This document shows positions 6,433 through 12,527 of a stretch of DNA of 12,527 bases, piece after piece (the first letter of the stretch is position 1; each line of letters starts with the position of its first letter). The notes under the pieces are model-generated. The model was not told where the DNA came from, did not search any database, and saw only the letters and a program-made list of their open reading frames with translations. The position numbers were made by a program, and so were the translations under genes. The DNA lies in NCBI GenBank assembly GCA_049969615.1, contig JBMFOM010000059.1:1-12527 (forward strand). Direction: 5' to 3'. This DNA comes from a candidate division WOR-3 bacterium (GTDB lineage Bacteria; Hydrothermota; Hydrothermia; JBDRYB01).

Positions 6433-8268
6433 TCATACCTTTCCCAACCACCTGCGGAGTCCCCACTCGGCCACCAGAAGCAGAACCGGCAGGAGAATGA
6501 GCCAGGGTATATCCAGCAATTTCAATGGGGGCGAAGGGCTTCGCAGGCCCTCAAGGAACCCTCTGAGCTCCTCCGGTGATCTGGCCAGAAAACCGCCAGA
6601 ACCCTCGGCTAGGCCCCTGAGAAAGCCGGTGTCCACGCCCCAGTCATATGCCTCTGCTGGCCAAGGCGCGACGGATACGGAGACAGTTTTCGTGCCTGCG
6701 AGATCGTTCCCCCTATAGAAGTCAACCCTAAACGAGTGATCTCCCGGCTCAAGCTCAAGCGGACCTGCCTGAAAAACCCCTGGCCCGATCTGCCTCATTG
6801 GTTGTCCTGCCACCCTGGGCCATACATCCCCTGCTGGCGAGCCGTCCGCGAGGCGAGCCTCGGCGTTAATGAATACTGGCTGACCTGAGAAAGCGTCCTT
6901 TGCCCACGCGAAGAGGCTCATCTTGCCAGAAAGCGCACGGGATATGAAATCAGAGACGATTATCCTGTATAACTCGCCGCCGGAGGCTGTGTTCTGTGCC
7001 CAAAGCTCTGGGCACGCGACATAGACATCCCCCTCCCTCCTGAACACAACCGGCCACGACCCAGCGAGCAACAAGATCTCCTGCGCCTGGCTTGCTGGGA
7101 TTTTCCAGAACCGGGTGATGGGCGGCAGAGGCTTCAGGATGCTATCCGGAACGGGCGAACCAGCCGCGGAACCGAGATAAACCCCTCCGCCCCTGTATTC
7201 AGACGCTCCGGGAATGCCCCAGTTGTCGCCAACCATAAAGATCAGACAGGGCTTTCCGGCCCTGTAATTTCCCAGTTCCTTCCTGCTCCCTATGAGAACA
7301 AAAGCATCTGCGTTCCTCTGAGGCCCTGGGCAATCCACCACGCTATCGCCCTTCATTTCTGTCCACCTTCCGCTTGCCAACCGGGCAAAGGTTCTCACAA
7401 CTATACCCGGCACACCCTCTGCGGCCCTCCTGACAGCGCCAACATCGGGCCAGGGTCCCTCTGCTATTATGGCAAGACCGAATCCTCCCTCCTCAATGTT
7501 TATTGTCCTGGAGCGGGAGTTATCCTCTGTGGCGTCCTCGCTCATATCTGGAATTAACCTCATAACGAGCCTTGTCTGGCCAGGGTTTTTTGCCACGAGG
7601 TTGAACCTCAGAAAACCTTGGCCTTCTCTCAGAAGCAGGGAGGTGTCCTTCACCGTCTCTCCAGCCAGTGAGATCAGACACCTTCCACGCCAATCCCCTC
7701 CGCGGAGCGCGTAGCTCGCTGTCAGCGGGAATTCCTGCCCGACGCTGATTGTTCTTGGCAGTTCAAGATCAAGGAGAGATATGTTAAATCTCCGGCTCTT
7801 TGGCGGGATAATAGTCAGAACAGGTGCTAGCGGATAGACCTCTGATGGCGCGTTGTGCAGGCCGTCAGACAGAAGTATAAAAGCATCCGCGCCGCGGGAC
7901 AGGGCAAGGCTGAGGTCCGTGCAATCCGATGAATCAACGGACAGGGGCAGGGCTGGATCGTTTATTAGCCTATCCGATACGCCCACTATGTCCTTCTTGC
8001 CGGGGAGCGAGCGGATTTTTCCGAGCGTGGAATCCTCCCACGCCACAACCTCTCCCATGCTGGGCGAGAGATCAAGAATGACGAGGACTTTTGGTTCCAG
8101 GGGAACACCGCCCTTTATGCGCGGGTTCACCAACAGGGCCACAAGCGCGGCGAGTGCCAATGCCCTTATCATGAGCAGATACCACGGACCGCGCCTGTAT
8201 AGGAGGAAGGACGAGCCCGTGGCAAGGACGAGGGCTATGAGGAGAAGGGTCACAGTAATCTGGTTCAA
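6433..8268 (-). CDS. Membrane-anchored VWA-domain protein with an Ig-like domain
   Basis: Two N-terminal TM segments, MIDAS-like ILDLSPSM and LLSDG, Ig-like segment ending EDNSRS, and C-terminal TM plus EWGLRR. Confidence 0.8.
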   Translation of the reverse strand: MNQITVTLLLIALVLATGSSFLLYRRGPWYLLMIRALALAALVALLVNPRIKGGVPLEPKVLVILDLSPSMGEVVAWEDSTLGKIRSLPGKKDIVGVSDRLINDPALPLSVDSSDCTDLSLALSRGADAFILLSDGLHNAPSEVYPLAPVLTIIPPKSRRFNISLLDLELPRTISVGQEFPLTASYALRGGDWRGRCLISLAGETVKDTSLLLREGQGFLRFNLVAKNPGQTRLVMRLIPDMSEDATEDNSRSRTINIEEGGFGLAIIAEGPWPDVGAVRRAAEGVPGIVVRTFARLASGRWTEMKGDSVVDCPGPQRNADAFVLIGSRKELGNYRAGKPCLIFMVGDNWGIPGASEYRGGGVYLGSAAGSPVPDSILKPLPPITRFWKIPASQAQEILLLAGSWPVVFRREGDVYVACPELWAQNTASGGELYRIIVSDFISRALSGKMSLFAWAKDAFSGQPVFINAEARLADGSPAGDVWPRVAGQPMRQIGPGVFQAGPLELEPGDHSFRVDFYRGNDLAGTKTVSVSVAPWPAEAYDWGVDTGFLRGLAEGSGGFLARSPEELRGFLEGLRSPSPPLKLLDIPWLILLPVLLLVAEWGLRRWLGKV

Positions 8269-8271
8269 GTT

Positions 8272-8673
8272 TCAAGGAGAAAGGATCAAAAGGCCCAGAT
8301 TCTCAAATCTCTTGAAATCGGTGGGTTCAAGGTTTTCCTTGCCCTCCCAGGGGGAAATCTCAGTCTCGGGGACTATAGCTTCAATATGAAACCGAAGTAT
8401 TCTGTTTGTTCTTTTGTCTATTTCTGCTGAACCATTTACCTTTACATTCCTCCTGAATGGGTGAAGGTGCGGGCAGGCTGACCTCAATTGCCCTGTCCGT
8501 TTCAGAATCCTGAGAGGCACAAGCTCGGCCAGCTCCTTTATTATCTGTCCAAGAGCGACTCTGTAGGCAGAGTTAAATTTCCCGAGAACCCTTAGGAGAA
8601 CATCAAGGGGTGATTCGCCCTCATCCGCCTCTGTGAAGCGAATGACAACTGAAACTTCTTCAATTCTTTTCAA
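8272..8673 (-). CDS. Hypothetical protein, first gene of an operon with the VWA protein
   Basis: 133-aa ORF with AAGGGG SD before a TTG start and a promoter upstream; stops 3 nt before the VWA gene start. Confidence 0.65.
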   Translation of the reverse strand: MKRIEEVSVVIRFTEADEGESPLDVLLRVLGKFNSAYRVALGQIIKELAELVPLRILKRTGQLRSACPHLHPFRRNVKVNGSAEIDKRTNRILRFHIEAIVPETEISPWEGKENLEPTDFKRFENLGLLILSP

Positions 8674-8696
8674 ACAAACCCCTTAGCACTGATAAT

Positions 8697-8724
8697 AGTA
8701 TAGCAAGGTCGCATCCCTTTTCAA
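8697..8724 (-). promoter_or_regulatory. sigma70 promoter with extended -10
   Basis: Minus strand TTGAAA-N16-TATACT, with TGc directly before the -10. Confidence 0.55.
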
Positions 8725-8733
8725 CCAAAATGC

Positions 8734-9456
8734 TTACTTCCAGAACAAGTCCACTGAACCCAGAAAATAATCCAGACCCTCCGCGCCAAAGTCCAGGGAA
8801 GCAAAGGGAAGTCCCAGGCCAAAACCCCAGGTAGGTCCCCTTCTATCCGCTATCGGGTCCTCCCTCCAGCCGGCCCTAATGGAAAAATCCGCGAAGGATG
8901 ACACCGTAAAGGAAGCGTCCGTGCCTACGCTCATCCTCCAGCGGTTCTCGCCCCAGGCCTGACGAAAATCCGCTATTATCAGGTATGGAACGCTGTATCC
9001 GGTGACTAGAGAGAACGAGAGGTTGGTCCCAGGTTCGCCCAGAAGGTCATAGAAGCCGATTCCGCCGGCGAGCCTGCCGAGGCTCCTTATTGACCACTGG
9101 GGAACGACCCCAAAGGAAAGCGGGACATTGTGTTCCTTGCCGAGATGCGCATAGGCTACCAGGCCTCCAACGGATAGCCATGGGAACGCGATTTTGCTCA
9201 GAGACACCCCGTATTCCCACCTGTCCGAGGCTACTGAGCTGTACAGGAGGGAGTTGAACCCATAGGCCGGAAGCAGGATTGCGATGGACTGAGTGTCTCC
9301 ATGAATAGTCCTGGCATAGATGCCCTCCAGCCTGCCAAACAAGCCGAGTGTTCCGGGGTTATCCCAGGCCCCTCCGGGGTCATAGGGTAGGGTTGAGAGA
9401 GAGCCGAGGGCAATGCCCTTGGCGCTCCAGAAGGCACCGAGAATAAATACTATCAC
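8734..9456 (-). CDS. PorV/PorQ (FadL-like) outer-membrane beta-barrel protein
   Basis: SAKGIALG...D..GAWDNPGTLG matches the N-terminal motif of PorV/FadL-type barrels; amphipathic strands, LRAG-like SIRAGW and an aromatic C-terminus. Start is GTG 9456 (GGAG SD) or GTG 9471; the track's extension to 9726 is antisense to fabG. Confidence 0.7.
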   Translation of the reverse strand: MIVFILGAFWSAKGIALGSLSTLPYDPGGAWDNPGTLGLFGRLEGIYARTIHGDTQSIAILLPAYGFNSLLYSSVASDRWEYGVSLSKIAFPWLSVGGLVAYAHLGKEHNVPLSFGVVPQWSIRSLGRLAGGIGFYDLLGEPGTNLSFSLVTGYSVPYLIIADFRQAWGENRWRMSVGTDASFTVSSFADFSIRAGWREDPIADRRGPTWGFGLGLPFASLDFGAEGLDYFLGSVDLFWK

Positions 9457-9480
9457 ACCACTTATCTCCACGGTAGTGAA

Positions 9481-9509
9481 ATTATGGCTCACCAAGCGGC
9501 TTGGTTCAA
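9481..9509 (-). promoter_or_regulatory. Promoter of the beta-barrel gene with an operator-like palindrome in the spacer
   Basis: Minus strand TTGAAC-N17-CATAAT; perfect 7-1-7 palindrome ACCAAGC-G-GCTTGGT at 9491-9505. Confidence 0.5.
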
Positions 9510-9565
9510 GTGCCTGTTTAGGGCCATGGGTGCATGTGTATCTCGTGGGCCAATATAATATGGAT

Positions 9566-10285
9566 ATGCGCGCAATAATAACCGGAGCTTCAAGAGGAAT
9601 AGGTTTTGAGATAGCGAAGAGATTCGCTGAGGCTGGCAAGCTGGCCATGGTTGATGTCCTTGAAGATGACCTCAGAAAGGCCGGTGAAGAACTCAAGGCC
9701 ATGGGCGCTGAGGTCATGATCTTCACCGCTGATGTCAGGGATTATTCGGCCGCGGAGGAGATCGTCAGGTCAGTCGCGGATGCCTGGGGAGGGATTGATC
9801 TGTTGGTTAACAACGCTGGTGTCACCAGGGACAAGCTTTTCATGCGCGCCGAAAAAGAGGATTGGGACACAGTGATAGACATCAACCTTAAAGGCGCTTT
9901 CGTTTATTCAAGGGCAGTTTTTCCCTTGATGCTCAAGCAGAAGTCCGGCGTGATAATCAACATGTCCTCTATCGTGGGTATAATAGGAAATTTCGGACAG
10001 ACCTCTTATTCCGCCTCAAAAGCCGGACTCATCGCGCTGACAAAATCCCTCGCTAAGGAAGGAGGCAAACGCGGGGTCAGATGTGTCGCGGTCGCGCCCG
10101 GGTTCATAAAGACCCCAATGACCGAAGCGCTTCCGGATGAAATAAAGTCAGACTACATGTCCAGAATAGCCCTGGGCCGTTTCGGCGAGGCCTCTGAGGT
10201 CGCGGAGCTGGTTCACTTCCTCGCGTCGGAAAGGGCCTCGTACATAACCGGCCAGGTATTCGTGATTGACGGAGGAATGATATGA
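9566..10285 (+). CDS. fabG: 3-oxoacyl-ACP reductase (SDR family)
   Basis: TGASRGIG, NNAGVTRD, GNFGQTSYSASKAG, APGFIKT and YITGQV motifs. Start is ATG 9566, six nt after TATAAT (9554-9559). Confidence 0.9.
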   Translation: MRAIITGASRGIGFEIAKRFAEAGKLAMVDVLEDDLRKAGEELKAMGAEVMIFTADVRDYSAAEEIVRSVADAWGGIDLLVNNAGVTRDKLFMRAEKEDWDTVIDINLKGAFVYSRAVFPLMLKQKSGVIINMSSIVGIIGNFGQTSYSASKAGLIALTKSLAKEGGKRGVRCVAVAPGFIKTPMTEALPDEIKSDYMSRIALGRFGEASEVAELVHFLASERASYITGQVFVIDGGMI

Positions 10286-10313
10286 ATTCCCTCGGAGAGG
10301 CAGGGGTTTTGCT

Positions 10314-11732
10314 ATGCCAGAGATAAAGGCCCTGAAGTGCGAGTCGTGTGGCGCGCCCCTGGAAGCCGAGCTAGGCCAGACCATGCTCAAGTGTCCGTTC
10401 TGCGGCACAGTGAACATGATCAAGCCTGATCCGGGGGAAACGGAGACCAGGATTGAGCTGAGCGCGGTGGTTGAGACCACTGTTGAAGAGGTTGTCAAGA
10501 TTACTCCTCCTCCTCCTCCAACAACGACATCAAAGATCATCGGCGGCCTCATTGCCGCCGTTATACTCCTCAGCATAATAGGCCCCACTATAGCCGTGGT
10601 TGTTGCCGAGATTATCGGCAAGATGAGGGGCCCGAATTACTCCCTCTTACAGGGTGAGATCAGGGGCGACAAGATGGCCGCGGTTCTCTACGGGGACTCA
10701 AAATACTACCTGGCGCGCGTGAATCCCAAAACTGGAAGATTGATCTGGCGAAAGGAAATAGGCAATGGCTACTCGCTCAGAAGGATAAGCCTTGGGGAAG
10801 ATAGATTCTATACCTTGTCAGATGATGGCTCCCTGAGATGTTATGACCTGGACAGAGGAGACATTCTCTGGGAAGAGAACCCGGGCGCGCTTGTTTATCT
10901 GGAAAAGAACCTCATCCCTTTAGGCGATGGGCTTTGTTTCCTGGGCAATGATGATACGCTGAGGTTCTTTGATGGGAATGGGAAGCAGACCATGCGCGTG
11001 TTTCAGAATGACTGGCGCTCGTTCAGCGTCTACGGCGATAAGATATATCTAGCCCAGGACAGTCTGATAAGGGCATTCAACCCAAAAAACGGCAAGGTGC
11101 TGTTTACCGTGAGGATGGGCCATGGCCTCCGGCCCTTCGGTCCTTATGTCATGGGCAACGATTACTATACTAACAAGACACGAATCTTCAGAATTGACCC
11201 CCAAAATGGCTCCGCACTTTGGCAAATATCATTCCCCGGCGATTACTCCTTTGATTCCCTTTTAGTCACAGGCGGAGGTCTCTATCTCCTTGATGATTCC
11301 ATCGTTTCCATTAATCCAACCAATGGCCAGACATTGGGAGTCCTCCATGATGAGGCCTGGGAACCCACGAAGATTATCTCCGGGGACAAGGCCCTATATG
11401 TTATTCTCAGAAGGACGAAAGGCGTAACAACCTACAGGCTCATTGCCGTGAACCCCGGCTCCCTTGCAAAGAAATGGGGCGAAGAACTCAAAGACACCCT
11501 CATTATAGTTGGGGATGGTGTTTTTATCGTTGACACAGCCTCCGGGAGCATTATCGCGAGGAAGCTGGACCCTGAAACCGGCAAGGAACTCTGGATGCAG
11601 AGACATAAGATGAGGTATGTTGCTATATCAACGCTTTATCTTGTGGGCGACAACCTCATAATAGGTTCCCGGGAGACGATTTCCCTGAGAACTAGGGATG
11701 GAAAGAAGGCCTGGAAGGGGATAATGAAGTAA
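10314..11732 (+). CDS. Zn-ribbon + single TM + PQQ-like (BamB-type) beta-propeller protein
   Basis: CESC...CPFC, a Pro/Thr linker, one hydrophobic helix, then repeated (D/N)PxTG..LW blades (NPKTGRLIW, DLDRGDILW, DPQNGSALW, DPETGKELW). Confidence 0.85.
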   Translation: MPEIKALKCESCGAPLEAELGQTMLKCPFCGTVNMIKPDPGETETRIELSAVVETTVEEVVKITPPPPPTTTSKIIGGLIAAVILLSIIGPTIAVVVAEIIGKMRGPNYSLLQGEIRGDKMAAVLYGDSKYYLARVNPKTGRLIWRKEIGNGYSLRRISLGEDRFYTLSDDGSLRCYDLDRGDILWEENPGALVYLEKNLIPLGDGLCFLGNDDTLRFFDGNGKQTMRVFQNDWRSFSVYGDKIYLAQDSLIRAFNPKNGKVLFTVRMGHGLRPFGPYVMGNDYYTNKTRIFRIDPQNGSALWQISFPGDYSFDSLLVTGGGLYLLDDSIVSINPTNGQTLGVLHDEAWEPTKIISGDKALYVILRRTKGVTTYRLIAVNPGSLAKKWGEELKDTLIIVGDGVFIVDTASGSIIARKLDPETGKELWMQRHKMRYVAISTLYLVGDNLIIGSRETISLRTRDGKKAWKGIMK

Positions 11733-11918
11733 AGCCCCTGAAAAATCCGGTTTGTCCTTTGTTCCCATCCGGAAGCCTCATCATAGCTAGAATGGAACCC
11801 TCAGGAAATGCCATTGTTGCGGGATTTTTCAGGGGTCCCTCTTAGTAGACCCTTGTTCCCTTGGACAAAATGTTCCTGGCCCAAACCAGTAAGTTATTTC
11901 TACTTTGCCAGAGGTCTT
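11731..11918 (-). repeat. Dispersed ~185-bp repeat, copy 4 (complete); overlaps the stop codon of the propeller gene
   Basis: AAAGCCCCTGAAAAATCC...GGGATTTTTCAGGGG...CAGAGGTCTT; about 85% identical to copy 3 by manual alignment. Confidence 0.95.
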
Positions 11919-11947
11919 TAAATAGGGGCGGCGCCCTTTGCCAAGGA

Positions 11948-12364
11948 TTAGTGGAAACTCAATACCCGTAAGAGCCAGAGCGCGGCTACAGCGCGTTTCT
12001 CAAAGATACCGACCGTGCCTTCCATGTGGCCTATTGTTCTGTATGATTCGTCAGTTATGTCCCCGTCATCCTCTATGTGCAGTATTGTCCTGTAGCTCTC
12101 ATCCTTGACATCTCCATCGTCCTCAACATAGCCGACTATCCTGTATGAGGCATTTTTTATGTCCCCGTCATCATCTATATAGCCTATGGTCGTATAGCTG
12201 GCGTCCTTGATGTCTCCGTCGTCCTCAACATAGGCTATTGTGCGGTAGTTGGCGTCCTTGATGTCTCCGTCATCCTCCATGTAAGCTATGGTCCTGTAAC
12301 TGCCGTCCTTTATGGTTATATCCTCGGCAAAAACCGGCGCGCTGAGCATAAGTAATACTATCAT
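11948..12364 (-). CDS. Small secreted protein with six 17-aa repeats (beta-flower-like)
   Basis: Short hydrophobic signal MIVLLMLSAPVFA, repeats of GDIKDASYRTIGYVEDD, and a hydrophobic C-terminal helix. Confidence 0.8.
   Translation of the reverse strand: MIVLLMLSAPVFAEDITIKDGSYRTIAYMEDDGDIKDANYRTIAYVEDDGDIKDASYTTIGYIDDDGDIKNASYRIVGYVEDDGDVKDESYRTILHIEDDGDITDESYRTIGHMEGTVGIFEKRAVAALWLLRVLSFH
12017..12319 (-). repeat. Intragenic 51-bp tandem repeat, about 6 units
   Basis: Recurring ttgatgtctccgtc(a/g)tcctc-like units at a 51-bp period; variation is largely synonymous or conservative. Confidence 0.85.
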
Positions 12365-12481
12365 ATTTTAATTATTTAGCCTGACCATGAACTAATTCAA
12401 TCAGTTCTAGAGCTCACCCGACACATCTCAGCCCTCTATGGATTGAAGGCGCGGCCGTGGCACAGGGGCCTCGCAATCGGG

Positions 12482-12526
12482 TCAGGTCTCTGAGGGTATG
12501 TAGCCCCTCTGGAGGTCCTTGACCAG
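12482..12526 (-). CDS. Possible 3' end of a gene entering from the right edge
   Basis: Reads LVKDLQRGYIPSET*; too short to assign. Confidence 0.3.
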   Translation of the reverse strand: MVKDLQRGYIPSET

Positions 12527-12527
12527 G

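Noticed and set aside
8272-8673. Faint MoaC resemblance (KRTGQL...CPHLHP vs KxTxxLIPLCHP)
   Set aside because: Spacing differs and the GVEMEAL motif is absent.
9413-9726. Apparent long overlap of fabG and the beta-barrel ORF
   Set aside because: Artefact of longest-ORF starts. Real starts near 9566 (+) and 9456/9471 (-) leave a divergent promoter region.
239-11606. Other alternate-frame or antisense ORFs in the track (e.g. 373-828, 3674-4288, 5257-5667, 5827-6195, 7853-8389, 10148-10621)
   Set aside because: They overlap well-supported genes and show no recognisable motifs, as expected for shadow ORFs in GC-rich DNA.
70-11918. Repeat copies as integron attC sites or a CRISPR array
   Set aside because: No RYYYAAC/GTTRRRY ends, mixed orientation, multi-gene housekeeping spacing, and no short regularly spaced repeats or cas genes.
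11924-11939. GGGC-GGC-GCCC-TTT mini hairpin after repeat copy 4
   Set aside because: The stem is too short to call a terminator.

Overview
A 12.5-kb bacterial window (roughly 55% GC by eye). Two type IX secretion (T9SS) hallmarks suggest an FCB-related diderm; WOR-3-like is only a guess. The genes are mostly unlinked envelope and housekeeping functions: an ABC-2 exporter pair, a COG1099 TatD-like hydrolase, an orphan mlaE, a YbjN-like protein, a class V PLP enzyme, a VWA membrane protein, a PorV/PorQ-like barrel, fabG, a Zn-ribbon/PQQ-propeller protein and a 17-aa-repeat secreted protein. The main signal is non-coding: four diverged copies of a ~185-bp dispersed repeat (70-249 +, 2488-2672 +, 4458-4641 -, 11731-11918 -), all at gene 3' ends. 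The repeat has nested inverted repeats, two apparent compensatory changes and a hypervariable 10-nt segment. Copy 1 lacks its outer end exactly where it abuts an 18-codon ORF tail (1-56, not in the ORF track) that resembles the C-terminus of IS110-family (bridge-RNA) recombinases. This suggests either an IS110 that targets the repeat or a repeat derived from the IS non-coding end. The ORF track also misses a frameshifted T9SS-tail remnant, several apparently leaderless genes and a PLP enzyme that needs a non-canonical start.
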